Origin: Anaeromyxobacter sp.
Lineage (GTDB): Bacteria > Myxococcota > Myxococcia > Myxococcales > Anaeromyxobacteraceae
DNA: 64,000 bases
Direction: 5' to 3'
Assembly: GCA_049840735.1 (NCBI GenBank)
Contig: JASGJN010000002.1
Location: forward strand, 96,001 to 160,000
Below are positions 35,586 through 46,943 of this stretch, in pieces (position 1 is the first letter of the stretch; every line of letters starts with the position of its first letter). Position numbers and translations under genes: made by a program. The notes under the pieces were generated by a model. That model made no database searches. It was not told where the DNA came from and saw only the letters and a program-made list of their open reading frames with translations.

Positions 35586-36938
35586 TCACTCGGCCGAGCC
35601 CACGGCCGTCCGGGCCGCCCTCATCTCGACCCGGTCGCCGACCTCCAGCTCCACGATGCTGCGCGTGACCATGGCCGCAGAGGCGTTCTCGCGGACGTCC
35701 ACGATGAGCAGCTCGCCCACCACCTCGCGCGGGAAGCGGTCGTCCCAGGCGCGGACCGCGTCCATGGGGCGGCCGTAGGGGTCGCCGGCGCGGATCACCT
35801 GGAACTTGTTCCCCTCCTCGACGCCGTCGGCCTTGCCGCGGTCGATGAACACCACCTGCGTCTCGGCCAGCTGCGTGACCTGCGCGGTCGGCGAGGCCAT
35901 GATCACGCCGGCCAGGTCGCGGCCGTTGGGCTTGGCCGGCACCGGGCGGAAGATCTTCTCCGTCCAGGGGCCGAGCAGGGCGCCGCGCTCGATGCTGTCC
36001 ACGGCCACCACGATGTCGATGGTGACGGCCTTGTCGTCCACCGCCACCACCTTGCCCGCGCCCAGCACGTCCGACTGGTACCCGAAGAGCTCCCCCGTCA
36101 CCGGGTGCTTCACCGGCTGCACGGTCCGGTAGATGAGGTAGGTCTCCCCCACCTTCACCTCCGCCTTGTCCTTGAACTGGGCGTAGGCGCGGTCGTACGC
36201 CGAGAGCATCGACTTCTCGGCGAAGGCGGCCTTGATGGTGCCGGACTCGTCCAGCTCACGCGGGGTGACGAAGGTGGCGCGGGCAGCGTAGAGGGTGCGG
36301 GTGGGGGCCTGGCCGATCTTGTACGGGCCGGCCACCTGGACCGCGTCCTGCTCCTCGGCGCTCGGCCCCTGCTTCAGCAGGTCGGCCTTGGAGAAGTCCT
36401 CCAGCTCCTTCGGCGCGGCGACCGGCGCCTCCTCCTCGACGGGCGCGGCCTCGGCCACCGGCTCGACCTGCATCGGGCCCTGATCCGGCGCCGGGTAGAA
36501 CCGCAGCAGGTTGCCGGGCTCGATCCAGTGCGGGTTGGTGATCTGCGGGTTGTAGGACCAGACCTTGGGCCAGTACCAGGGATTGTTGAGGAAGCGGCCG
36601 GAGAGGTCCCAGAGCGTGTCGCCGGGCCGGACGGTGTACGTGTCCGGCGGCGGCACCGTGCCCCGGCCCGCGTCGGCGGCGGTGGCCCCGCCCTCCTGCG
36701 GCGCCATCCGCACCTCGACGTCGGTCGGGACGGCGGGCCTGCCGGTCCCGTTCCCGGAGGCGGCGGCCGCGTCGGCGGCGTTCATCACCCGGGCGTGGCC
36801 TGCGTCCGACGTCTTCTGCGTGTCGCGCGCGGCGTTGAGCGCGTTGACCTGCGCCCGCGAAGCGGTGGGGACGAGGGCCGCCAGCGCCAGCGCCGCGAAG
36901 GCGGAGGTAGAGAGGACCGCGTCGTGCTTGCGGGTCAT
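35586..36938 (-). CDS. LysM-domain secreted protein (TsaP-like)
   Basis: Signal peptide; YTVRPGDTLWDLSGRFLNNPWYWPKVW..NPQITNPHWIEPG; upstream of dprA. Confidence 0.88.
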   Translation of the reverse strand: MTRKHDAVLSTSAFAALALAALVPTASRAQVNALNAARDTQKTSDAGHARVMNAADAAAASGNGTGRPAVPTDVEVRMAPQEGGATAADAGRGTVPPPDTYTVRPGDTLWDLSGRFLNNPWYWPKVWSYNPQITNPHWIEPGNLLRFYPAPDQGPMQVEPVAEAAPVEEEAPVAAPKELEDFSKADLLKQGPSAEEQDAVQVAGPYKIGQAPTRTLYAARATFVTPRELDESGTIKAAFAEKSMLSAYDRAYAQFKDKAEVKVGETYLIYRTVQPVKHPVTGELFGYQSDVLGAGKVVAVDDKAVTIDIVVAVDSIERGALLGPWTEKIFRPVPAKPNGRDLAGVIMASPTAQVTQLAETQVVFIDRGKADGVEEGNKFQVIRAGDPYGRPMDAVRAWDDRFPREVVGELLIVDVRENASAAMVTRSIVELEVGDRVEMRAARTAVGSAE

Positions 36939-37867
36939 GGAACACTCCTTGCCGGGACGTCGCGCGGCGAGTCCTCGCCGTCGCTCCCGGAGATCGTCGA
37001 GAGGCGGGCCCCGGCGCGGGTCGCGGCCGGGGAGTCGGGGTAATCGGTCGTCAGCCGCTTGAGCAGCCGGGCCTCGCCGGTGCCGTCGCCGCGGGCCGCG
37101 GCGCACCGGGCCTGGCGCTCCAGGGCGTCCGGGAGCGCGTCGCCGGCGGGGTACTCGTCCGCCACCCGGCGCGCCAGGGTGCAGGCCGCGTCGTCCCGAT
37201 CCGCCTCCTGGTAGGCGGCGGCCGCCTCCAGCAGCGCGTTGTCGGCGGCGGGGTGGCGCGGATAACGCTTGGTGAAGTCCTCGAGGGCGTGGGCGCGATC
37301 CAGGCCGCCCTGCCCGCGGGCGGCGGTCAGCTCGGCCTCGGCCTGCGCGGACACGCCGGGGCCGCGCGGCGCGGCGCCGCCGCCCAGCCGCGACAGGTCC
37401 GGCTCGGCCATGGCGACGGTGGTCGGCACCGCGGGCGCCGCGCGCGCCTGCTTGCGCTTGCCGCCGGCCGGCGGCGCCACCTTCACCACCGCGAGATGCG
37501 GCGGGATCACCGGCGCGTCCGCGGCCGGCGCGGCCTGGGCCCCGGCGGCCGGCGCAGCCGCGGCGCGCGGCTCGGGCTGCCCCCGGGTCAGCCGGGCGGT
37601 CAGGATGTCGACCCGGCCGGAGAGCTCCTCCAGGCGCGCGGCCAGCGCCTCGTTCTCGTGGCGCAGGGCCTGGACCTCGCTCCGGAGCGAGGCCGATTCG
37701 TCGCGCGCGCCGGCCCCGGCGGGACCGGCGCAGCCGGCCAGGAGGAGGACGGCCGCGCAGGCCTCTCGAGCGAAGGATCCCAAGGTCCGGAAAATTCTAG
37801 AGGACTCGCGCTTTTCGTCAAGGAACGGGCCCCCCGGCGGTCGGGTCGGGTGGGGCGATGAAGGCAA
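36935..37867 (-). CDS. CpoB/YbgF-like coiled-coil + TPR lipoprotein (start uncertain)
   Basis: LLLAGC lipobox, coiled coil, repeated YPxxP/YPDS TPR ends. Confidence 0.7.
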   Translation of the reverse strand: MPSSPHPTRPPGGPFLDEKRESSRIFRTLGSFAREACAAVLLLAGCAGPAGAGARDESASLRSEVQALRHENEALAARLEELSGRVDILTARLTRGQPEPRAAAAPAAGAQAAPAADAPVIPPHLAVVKVAPPAGGKRKQARAAPAVPTTVAMAEPDLSRLGGGAAPRGPGVSAQAEAELTAARGQGGLDRAHALEDFTKRYPRHPAADNALLEAAAAYQEADRDDAACTLARRVADEYPAGDALPDALERQARCAAARGDGTGEARLLKRLTTDYPDSPAATRAGARLSTISGSDGEDSPRDVPARSVP

Positions 37868-38585
37868 CCTGGCGCCCCGTCCGCCCTGCGTCGCGCCGGT
37901 GGGAGAAGAACTCCGCCGCCTCGCAGGAGGTGCAGCGCCCCAGCACCTCCACGCGATCCGGCGCCAGCCCCGCCGCGGCCAGGACGGCGCGGTTGGACGC
38001 CCAGAGGTCGAGGTGGGGGCGCTCCCCTCCCCGCACCACCGGCCCCAGCTCCGCCGCGAAGCGCGCCGCCAGCTCCGGCGACACCTCGTAGCAGCAGGGG
38101 CCGATGGACGGGCCGATGGCGGCCAGCAGCCGCGCCGCCGGGGCGCCGGTGGCCGCCGCCAGCGCCGCCACCGCCTCGCGCGCCACCCCAGCGATGGTCC
38201 CGCGCCAGCCGGCGTGGACCGCCGCCACGGCGCCGGTCTCCGGATCGGCCAGCAGCACCGGGACGCAGTCCGCCACCGCCACGCACGCCGCCAGGCCGGG
38301 CCGGGTGGACAGGACCGCGTCCGCCTCCTCGCGCGGCGCCCCGGGCGCGCCGGCCGGCACCACCCGGGCGCCGTGCACCTGCTTCACGCGCGCGAAGGCC
38401 AGGCCGGTGGCCTGCTCCAGCAGGCGCCAGTTCTCAGCCACGCGCGCCGGATCGTCCCCGACCGCGCCGCCCAGGTTGAGCGAGGCCCAGGGCCCGGGCG
38501 ACGCGCCGCCGGAGCGGGTGGTGAAGCCGTGCGGGAAGGCGGCCAGTAGCGGGGCGCGGACCAGATGCATGGGCCGTTCCCTCAT
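37818..38585 (-). CDS. pgeF: PgeF/YfiH family protein
   Basis: HGFTTR, QVHG, ADCVPVL, HAGWRG, GPSIGPCCYEV, FFSHRR. Confidence 0.93.
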   Translation of the reverse strand: MRERPMHLVRAPLLAAFPHGFTTRSGGASPGPWASLNLGGAVGDDPARVAENWRLLEQATGLAFARVKQVHGARVVPAGAPGAPREEADAVLSTRPGLAACVAVADCVPVLLADPETGAVAAVHAGWRGTIAGVAREAVAALAAATGAPAARLLAAIGPSIGPCCYEVSPELAARFAAELGPVVRGGERPHLDLWASNRAVLAAAGLAPDRVEVLGRCTSCEAAEFFSHRRDAGRTGRQVAFIAPPDPTAGGPVP

Positions 38586-38670
38586 AACCCGGCGCGCGCC
38601 GCGCGTCCGCCCCGGCGCGCAGCCCCGCTTGATCGGCCCCGGTCCGGCGGCTACCCTCTCCGGCTCCTCT

Positions 38671-40166
38671 ATGCTGCATCACATCCGCCGCTCCCTGGGT
38701 CGCAAGCTGCTGGTGGCGGTCGGCCTGCCCTCCCTGGTCTTCGCGCTGGTGCTGGTCCTGTGGCTGCGCGGGACCGCGCACGCCGCCTCCCCCCGCCTGG
38801 ACGGGACCTTCCACGCCGCGCTGGCCGTGGTGCTGGTCTTCTTCGCCGCCATGGTCGGCACCTCCGTGCTCGCCCTGCGGCTCCTGCTGCACCGGCCGCT
38901 GCAGCGGCTGGAGGCCGGGCTGCGGCGCGCGCGGGAGGGCGACTTCCTGCACCGCGTGCCGGTGGAGACCGAGGACGAGCTGGGGCGGCTGGCCAGCGAC
39001 TTCAACACCACCCTGGCCGCCATCACCGACCTGCACGCGGCGCGCATCGACGACCAGGCGCTGATGGCCTCCATGCAGCGCGAGCTGGCGCTGACGCAGG
39101 CGCTGGAGGCGCGCGTCCGCGAGCTGACGCTGCTCTTCGACCTCTCCCGCCGGCTGGTGGCCACCCTGGAGCTGGACAGGCTCATCGCCACCGTGACGGA
39201 GCTGATCGGCCGCGGCCTGGGCGATCACGCCTTCGCCCTCCTGCTGGTGGAGCCGCCCACCGGCGAGCTGGTGGTCCGCGGCGTCTCCGGGCTGGACGCG
39301 TCGGTGATCGGGACCCGCATCGGCGCCGGCGAGGGGCCGGCGGCCTGGGCGATCCACGACCGGGCCACGGTCAAGGTGGACGACACCAGCACCGACCCGC
39401 GCCGCCCGGTGCTGCCCTGGCAGAACCACGCGGCCGGCTCGATCCTGGCGGTCCCGCTCATCCACCAGGCGGCCTGCGCCGGCGTGCTGGCCTTCTTCCG
39501 GCCGGCCACCTCGGCCTTCCCGGACGACGAGGTCCGGCTCCTCGAGGCGGTGGCCGGCCAGGCCGCCATCGCCATCGAGAACGCGGTCCTGCACCAGGAG
39601 ATGGTGCGCCTCTCGCAGACCGACGCGCTGACGGGCGTCCAGAACCGGCGGGCGCTCTTCGCGCGGCTGGAGATGGAGCGGGAGCGGAGCGAGCGGTTCG
39701 AGCACCCATGGGCCTGGCGCTGCTGGACGTGGACCACTTCAAGGCGGTCAACGACCGGTTCGGCCACTCGGCCGGGGACGCCATCCTGTGCAAGGTCGCG
39801 GAGGCGCTCTCCGGCGCCGTGCGCAAGGTGGACCTGGTGGCGCGCTACGGCGGCGAGGAGTTCGCGGTGGTGCTGCCGCGCGCCGACCGGGCCGCCGCGG
39901 CCGCCGCGGCCGAGAAGCTGCGCGCGGCCGTGGCCCAGGCGCTGATCGGCCCGGACCCGGCGGCGCCGGTCACGGTCTCGGTGGGCGTGGCCAGCTGGCC
40001 GGTGGACGGCGCCGACCTGCCCACGCTGGTGGACGCGGCCGACGCGGCGCTCTACGCCGCCAAGCGCGCCGGCCGCAACGTGGTCCAGGTGCACGCCCCC
40101 GGCATGCGCGTGCACCCGGGCCGCAAGCGCGACGTGAAGACCACCGCGGACGCCGACGCGGGGTAA
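38671..40166 (+). CDS. Membrane diguanylate cyclase (2TM-HAMP-GAF-GGEEF); apparent -1 frameshift near 39706
   Basis: DELG HAMP motif, GAF region, TDALTG, then DVDHFKAVND and RYGGEEF in the next frame; RKVD I-site. Confidence 0.9.
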
Positions 40167-40257
40167 CGGCGGGGTCGCCGGCGCCCAGCTCGAGCTTCAC
40201 GGCTTGGGCCTTGTCCGAGGAGAGGAGCGAGACGCGGCCGCCGCGGCCTGAACGCGG

Positions 40258-40304
40258 CCGGTCACCCTGAGCGTAGCGGCGCATAGCGCCGCGAAGTCGA
40301 AGGG
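40258..40304 (+). repeat. REP-like palindromic element, family A
   Basis: CCCTGAGC-GTAG-CGGCGC ATA GCGCCG-CGAAGTCGAAGGG. Confidence 0.82.
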
Positions 40305-40337
40305 CGCCCCCTCCCCCAGGTTCCCTGGGGCCCCCAA

Positions 40338-40742
40338 CCCATCCCTACTCATGCTCCCCGCGCGCTGCCCGCCGGCACCGGCGGAGTGTCTCGCGGGGGT
40401 TGCACCCCCGCCCCGCCGGCGAAGCCGTCGGGGCCCCACCCCTGCTGCGGCGGAGCCGAGCGCGCTGCGGCCTCCGGCCTTGCGCGCTTTCCGCCGACGA
40501 GGGGGCTACGCCCCCTCCCCATCCCTACTCATGCTCCCCGCGCGTGCCCGCCGGCACCGGCGGAGTGTCTCGCGGGGGTTGCACCCCCGCCCCGCCGGCG
40601 AAGCCGTCGGGGCCCCACCCCTGCTGCGGCGGAGCCGAGCGCGCTGCGGCCTCCGGCCTTGCGCGCTTTCCGCCGACGAGGGGGCTACGCCCCCTCCCCA
40701 TCCCTACTCATGCTCCCCGCGCGTGCCCGCCGGCACCGGCGG
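40338..40742. repeat. About 180-bp tandem duplication (2 units + partial) containing the family B repeat and the aglZ 3' end
   Basis: CTACTCATGCTCCCCGCGCG recurs at 40345, 40525 and 40704. Confidence 0.92.
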
Positions 40743-43700
40743 CTCCTCGCGGGCGGCTCGCCCCTTGGCGCGGGCCAGCTCAATCTCCAGCGCCTTCTCC
40801 CGGCGGGCCCCCTCCTGCAGCGCGCCCTGCAGCCGCTGGACCTCCTGGGCGCGCAGGGCGTCGCGGCGCGCCAGCTCCTCGCGGAAGCGCGCCTGGGCCT
40901 CCTCGACCGCGCGCACCGCCCGCGCGTCGGCCTCGCGCCGCCCGGCGCCGGCCTGGTCGGCCCGCCGGGCCGCCTCCGCCGCGCGCGTCTCGGCCGCGGC
41001 CGCGCGCGCGGCCAGCTCCTTCTCCGCGCGGGCCCGGGCCTGCCCGGCCGCGGACAGCTCGGCCTCCAGCTCGGTGACCCGCTGCCGCGCCGGGGCCAGC
41101 GCCGCGGCGTCCCGCCCGGCCGCCTCCAGGCGGCCGGCCACCTCGGTGGCCCGGGCCTCGGCCCGCGCCGCGCGCGCCGTCAGCTCGGTCTCGATCCGCT
41201 GCCGATCGCGGTGCGCCGCGGCCAGGGCCGCCTCCAGCTCCTCCAGGCGGCGCTCGGCGCGCCCGGCGCGGTCGGCCGCCCCCGCCGCCTCGGTCCCGGC
41301 CTGCGCCAGCTTCGCCTCCAGCGCCGCTGCGCCCCGCTCCGCCGCCTCGCGCGCCGCGGCCAGGTCGCTGGCCCGCGACTCCTGCTCGGACAGGCGCCGG
41401 CGCAGCTCCTCCTGGCGCGCCGCGGCCGCCTCGGCCTGCGCGAGCTCGCGCCGCTCGGCCGAGGCCAGCGCCTCGCCCCGCGCCGCCAGCTCCTGTTGCA
41501 GCGCCTCCTCGCGCCGGGCGCGCTCCTGGGCCAGCTCCTCGAAGCGCGCGTGCAGTCCCTCGGCGGCCTCGGTCTTGCGGGCCAGCTCGGCCAGCAGCTC
41601 GTCCTCGCGCCGCGCCGCCTCGGCCTGGGCCGCGGCCAGCCGGGCCCGCCCCTGCGCCTCGGCCTCGGCGGACGCGGCCGCCGCGTGGGTCAGCTCCGCC
41701 TCCAGCCGCGCCTGGGCCTCCTCGGCCCGCTCGCGCCGGGCGGCCGCCCCGCGCAGCTCCTCGGCCAGGCCGGCCCGCTCGGCGCCCAGCGCCTCCAGCT
41801 CGGCGGCCAGCGCCGTCCGCTCGCCCTGCGCCGTGTCGCGCTCCTGCGAGGCCTGCGCCAGCAGCGCCGCCAGCTCGTCGCCGCGCGCCTGCAGCCGGGC
41901 CGCCTCCGCCGCCTGCTCCGAGGCGTGGACCATCGCCCCCTGCCGCGCCTCGGAGAGCTCGCCCTGCAGCCGGTCCACCTCGCGGCGCGCCGCCGCCAGG
42001 AGCCCGTCCTGCCCCTCGATCCGCCCCCGCAGCTCGCCCACCGCCTGCTGCATCTCGCGGGAGAGCGCCTCGGTGGCCTGGCGCGCGTGGGCCAGCTCCT
42101 GCTCCAGCCCGGCCGCGCGGGCCTCCTGCGCCCCGGCCCCGGCCACGGCCGCCGCCAGCTCCGCCTCCACGGCGCGCACCCGCTCCGCCCGCGCCAGCGC
42201 CTCCTGCGTCAGCTCCGCCTCGCGCCGCTGCGCGGCCCGCCCGGCCTCGGCCAGCGCCTCCTCCAGCCGCGCCGCCTCCACCGCCAGCCGGCTGCGCCCG
42301 GCCTCGGCCTCGGCGCGCGCAGCCTCCAGCGCCGCCCGCCCCTCGGCCGCGCTCGCCTCCAGCGCCGCCGCCCGCGCCCGGGCCTCCTCCGCCGCGGCCC
42401 AGGCCTCGGCCGCGCGGGACCGCCCGTCCGCCTCCGCCTCGGCCAGCCGCGCCGTCAGCCGGGCCACCTCGGCGCGGCCGGACTCGGCCGTGTCGGCGTG
42501 GCTGCGGGCCCGCGCCTCCGCGTCCCCGAGCGCCTGCTCCAGCTGCGCCCGCGCCGCCGCCAGCGCCCCGGCCTCGGCCCGCGCGCCCTCGGCCCCCTGC
42601 CGCGCCTCGGCCAGCGCCGCCTCCGCCGCGGCCCGCTCCGCCTCGCGCCCCTCCAGCGCCGCGCGCAGCGCGTCGCGCTCTCGCCCGGCCCCGTCCGCCT
42701 GGGCCCGCTCGCGCTCCAGCTCGTCGCGCAGCCCGTCGCGCTCGGCGGCCAGCACGGCCGCGCGGGCCTCCAGCTCGGCCCGCTCCGCGCCGGCCGCACC
42801 CAGCGCCCGCCGCCCCTCCTCCTGCGCGGCCGCGGCGGCGGCCTGGGCCGCCTCCAGCGCCTGCCGCACCTCGGCGGACGCGGCCTCGGCCTGGGCCAGC
42901 CGCGCCGCGCCGGTCGCCGCGGCCTCCGCCGCCGCCCGCTCCACCGCCTCGCGCTCCGCGGCCGCCTCGGCCCGGACCCGCTCCGCCTCCTCGCGCCCGT
43001 CCGCCTCCGCCGCGGCCAGCTCCTGCGCCAGCCCCTCGATCTCCGCCTCCAGCGAGCCGATTTGCTGCAGGTGGTCCTGCACCTCGCGGGAGAGGTCGTC
43101 CTCGCGGGCGCGGGCGGTGTCGCGGAAGCGCCGGTACTCCTCGTCCAGGAGCGCGTGGCGCGCCTCGCGGTCGCGGATGGCCCCCTCGCGCTCCTCGATC
43201 CGCCCCTGCAGCAGCTCGGCCGTCTCGCGCGCCGTGGCCTGGGCCCGCTCGCGCCCGGCCTCGGCCGCGGCGAGCTGGGCCGCCAGCTCCTGCGCCCGGG
43301 CCTCGCCGGCGCTCCGCTCGCGCTCCGCCTCGGCCAGCGCCGCGTCGCGCGCGGCGGCCAGCTGGGCGGCGGCGGCCGCGGCCTCCGCCTGCCGGGCCTC
43401 GGCGGCCCGGGCCTGCTCCTCGGCGGCCGCGCGGGCCGCGGCCAGCTCGCCCTCCACCGCCCTGCGGGCGGCCTGCTCCGCCTCGAGCCGCGCGGCCGCC
43501 TCGCGCGCGGCCTCCTCCGCCGCGGCCGTGGCCGCGGCCAGGCGCGCCTCCAGGGCCGAGAGCTCGTCGGCGCGGCGGGCGATCTCAGACTCCAGCTCGC
43601 GCTCGCGGGCGTCCGCGGCGGCGGCCTCGACGCGGGCCTGCCGGTCCAGCCGGGCGATCTCCTCCTGCGCCCCGTCCAGCGCCAGCTTGCGCTGGGCCAG

Positions 43701-44697
43701 GTCGTCGTCGCGGCGGCGGACCTCGCGCTCCAGCTCGTGGATGCGCCGCTCGCTGGCCGCCACCACCTCGATGAGCGCCTTCTCCTGGCTGAACTTCTCC
43801 AGCAGCAGGCCGTCCACCGAGGCGCCGTACTCGCGCTCCTTCTCGACGAACAGGTCGCGCGCCTCGGCCAGCCGGCGCAGCAGGTCCTCCACCTGGACCT
43901 TGAGCCCCTGCGCCTCCACGTCGCGGGCGTGGATGCGCTCGTCGAAGGTGCCCAGCTCCCGCTCGCGCACCTCCCAGAATCTCCGACAGGCGGGCGATCT
44001 GGGCCTCGCGCCAGCGCAGCTCCTCGCGCAGCAGCTCCGCCCGCCCCTCCGGCGTCTGCAGCTGCTCGCGCCGCGGGGGCGGCCGGCGCCGGTGCGCCTC
44101 GGCCACCAGCGCGTCGCGGTGCTCGGAGACCGACTGGAAGACCCGGTCGGCGAAGAGCCGATCCTCGTCGGTGACGGCGTGCCGGACCGGGCGGCGCGGC
44201 ACCGGCGGCGGCGCCTCGCCGGCGGGGAGCGCCGGGGGCGCAGCCTCGGCCGCCGCGGACGGCCCGGCGGCCTCGTCCTCGACCAGCACCGCGTCGTCGG
44301 CGCTCTCGACCGGCTCCTCGGCGGCCAGGATCCGGGCGGCCAGCTTGCGCAGCGCCTCGGTGTCGAGCGGCATGGCCAGGTAGCCGTTGGCGGCCCAGGG
44401 CGTGCGGGCGTGCTCGGCCAGCGACTCCGGGGGCGTGTCGGAGGAGTAGAGGATCACCGGCAGGCTGGCCGTGACCCGGTCGTGACGGAGGCGGGCGCAG
44501 AGCGAGAAGCCGGACAGGTCCGGCAGCTCGGCCCGGATCACCACCAGCCCGGGACGGCGGGTGGCGATCTCCAGCTCGGCCTCGGCCGCGCTGGCCGCCA
44601 CGCGGGTGAGGCAGCCGTCCGCCTGGAAGAGCGCGGCCAGCGAGAGGGCGAAGCCGTGATCGGACTCGACGACGAGGACGCGCTTCGGAGTGTCCAT
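40704..44697 (-). CDS. aglZ: AglZ-like pseudo-receiver + long coiled-coil protein; apparent +1 frameshift near 43979
   Basis: N-terminal RVLVVESDHGFALSL...LVVIRAELPDLSGFSLC receiver lacking the phospho-Asp, followed by about 1100 aa of E/A/R heptads. Confidence 0.8.
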
Positions 44698-44942
44698 GGA
44701 AGGGGTTCCGGGGTGCACCCGCCGGGCAGCCGAGTGTACTGCCGGCGCCCACGCCAATCTAGCCATGCCCGCAGCCCGGGCCCGGGCGCGGTGATCCAGC
44801 GCACTTCCGCCTGCACCGGAGCAGCCCCGGACGGCCCGGCACGCCCCGCAAGGCTGGCCGGTGGCGCGGGCCGAGGGATTGCGCCAGGCGCCGCCGGAGC
44901 GAACCGTGAGCGGGCCCCGATTCCACCGGGAGCGGAACCTGG

Positions 44943-45539
44943 ATGCCCTTCGCCGCCATCGCCCTGGCCGCGGCCCTCGCCGCCCCCGTCGCCCCGCCCC
45001 AGGAGAACCTGCTGCGCGGGCCGGCCCGCTGCGTGCTGCGGTACCTGGAGGCGGTGCGGCTGGCCGGGCCGCGCGCCGCGGAGCTCCGCCCCGCCCCGGG
45101 CCGCGGGAGGGCCGCGCCCATCCCGGACCGGCCGCAGGCCTACGCCGCCGCCAACCGGCTCCTGGCCCCGCGCGCGCTGGAGGCGGCGGCGCGGCCCGGG
45201 GGGAGCGGCGCGCCGCACCCGCTGGCGCCCTGGACCGAGGCCGCGGGCGGCGCGGTGCTCGAGTCCTTCCAGCTGCAGGGCGTGCGCCGGGCCCCGCGCG
45301 GCGCGGCCGTGGTCACCGTGCGTGAGCGCTGGTGGCGCCCGGGGCCGGAGGACGGCGAGCTGGCCCGGTCGGTGAGCGAGATCCTGGTGGCGCGCGTGGA
45401 CGGGGAGTGGCGGGTCATCGACCGCCGCCCGGGGCGGACCTTCCGCGACGCCGAGATCGCCGACGGCTACGCGGGCTGGTTCGACGAGGCGGGCCCGCCG
45501 CGCGCGCGCCCCGTGCCCTCCGCCGCGCCCGGGCGGTAG
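44943..45539 (+). CDS. Secreted hypothetical protein
   Basis: Signal-like N-terminus; VARVDGEWRVID resembles NTF2-like C-termini. Confidence 0.6.
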   Translation: MPFAAIALAAALAAPVAPPQENLLRGPARCVLRYLEAVRLAGPRAAELRPAPGRGRAAPIPDRPQAYAAANRLLAPRALEAAARPGGSGAPHPLAPWTEAAGGAVLESFQLQGVRRAPRGAAVVTVRERWWRPGPEDGELARSVSEILVARVDGEWRVIDRRPGRTFRDAEIADGYAGWFDEAGPPRARPVPSAAPGR

Positions 45540-45545
45540 CGGCGA

Positions 45546-46466
45546 TCAGCCGGCCTGGGCGGCGGCCAGGATCTCGCCGCGCCGCTCCCTGGCGCGGGCA
45601 ACGTCCCCCTCGTACTTGAGCACCAGGTTGAGCGTCGCGTCGAGCAGCGCCGGCTCCAGCCGGTCCGCCTCCAGCAGCACCAGCGCCCGGACCCAGTCCA
45701 GCGTCTCGGAGATGGACGGCGCCTTCTTGAGATCGAGCGTGCGCAGCCGCGCCACCGCGGCCACCACGCCGCGCGCCAGCGCCTCGGCCGCCTCCGGCAC
45801 GCGGGTCCGGACGATGGCCAGCTCGCGCTCGCGCGCGGGGAAGTCGAGGTACAGGTGGAGGCAGCGCCGCTTGAGCGCGTCGGACAGATCGCGCGCGGCG
45901 TTGGAGGTGAGCACCACGCGCGGGATGTGGCGGGCCCGCACCGGCCCCAGCTCCGGCACCGTGACCGTCCAGTCCGAGAGCACCTCGAGCAGGAACGCCT
46001 CCAGCTCCGGGTCGGCCTTGTCGATCTCGTCCACCAGCAGCAGCGCCGGCGCCTCGGAGAGGAGCGCGCGCAGCACCGGGCGCGGGAGCAGGAAGCGCTC
46101 GCTGAAGAAGACGTTGCCCTGGGCGGCGACGCGGTCGGCCGCCTCGGCCAGCGAGCCCGCCCCCTCCAGCGCGGCGCCGATCCGGTCGCGCAGCAGCTGG
46201 GTGTAGAGGAGCTGCTTGGCGTACTCCCACTCGTAGAGCGCCTTGGACTCGTCGAGCCCCTCGTAGCACTGGAGGCGGATCAGCACCCGGCCGCTGGCCT
46301 CGGCGAAGGCGCGCGCCAGCTCGGTCTTGCCCACGCCCGCCGGCCCCTCCACCAGCACCGGCTTCTCCAGCCGGTCCGCCAGGAAGACGGCGGTGGCGAT
46401 CTCCGGCGAGGGCAGGTAGCCCGCCGCCGTCAGCTTGTCCGACACCTCCGCCACGGTCCCGAACAC
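45546..46466 (-). CDS. MoxR/CoxD-family AAA+ ATPase
   Basis: EGPAGVGKTE, RLQCYEGLD, LLVDEIDK, LTSN, DALKRRC. Confidence 0.93.
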   Translation of the reverse strand: MFGTVAEVSDKLTAAGYLPSPEIATAVFLADRLEKPVLVEGPAGVGKTELARAFAEASGRVLIRLQCYEGLDESKALYEWEYAKQLLYTQLLRDRIGAALEGAGSLAEAADRVAAQGNVFFSERFLLPRPVLRALLSEAPALLLVDEIDKADPELEAFLLEVLSDWTVTVPELGPVRARHIPRVVLTSNAARDLSDALKRRCLHLYLDFPARERELAIVRTRVPEAAEALARGVVAAVARLRTLDLKKAPSISETLDWVRALVLLEADRLEPALLDATLNLVLKYEGDVARARERRGEILAAAQAG

Positions 46467-46714
46467 GGCGACCTCCCTCCCCCGAGGAGGCCCCCGGGAG
46501 CGGGTCCAAAGGTAACCGGCCCCGGGGGAACCGGCGAGCGAAGCGCGGCAGACGTCAGCGGATTTTCCGGGGGACGGGCGGGGGGGCGCCTGGGTCAGGA
46601 TCCGAGGGTCAAGTCAGACCCAAGCGTCTCCAGGCACCTTCCGTTTTACAGACGCCGCCCGGGGCACACGTTTGCAACCGCTGGATTTCACGAATGGCGG
46701 CTGGGCGGAGCGGC

Positions 46715-46730
46715 CGGCACGCGGCTTGAA
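46715..46730 (+). promoter_or_regulatory. Candidate sigma54 (-24/-12) promoter
   Basis: CGGCACGCGGCTTGAA versus consensus TGGCACG-N4-TTGCW. Confidence 0.4.
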
Positions 46731-46776
46731 GTGAAACCTGGGCGAGTCCCGCCGGAGGCCGGCCAAGGACCCTGCC

Positions 46777-46917
46777 ATGAACGCGAAGCTCCATTCCCAA
46801 ACGCTCGATTGCAGGGCCCACCTCCCGTTTCACGTCCAAGTCGATGCGAGGTCGGAAGCTCGACTCCCCCCACCGCCGGTCGCTCCTCACGAGGAGCCCG
46901 GCGGAGAGCACCCATAG
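46777..46917 (+). other. Candidate 46-aa small ORF or sRNA body
   Basis: AAGGA upstream of ATG; MNAKLHSQTLDCRAHLPFHVQVDARSEARLPPPPVAPHEEPGGEHP; many A/T-ending codons. Confidence 0.35.
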
Positions 46918-46943
46918 GCTGCTGAACAAGCGCCAAAGCTAGA

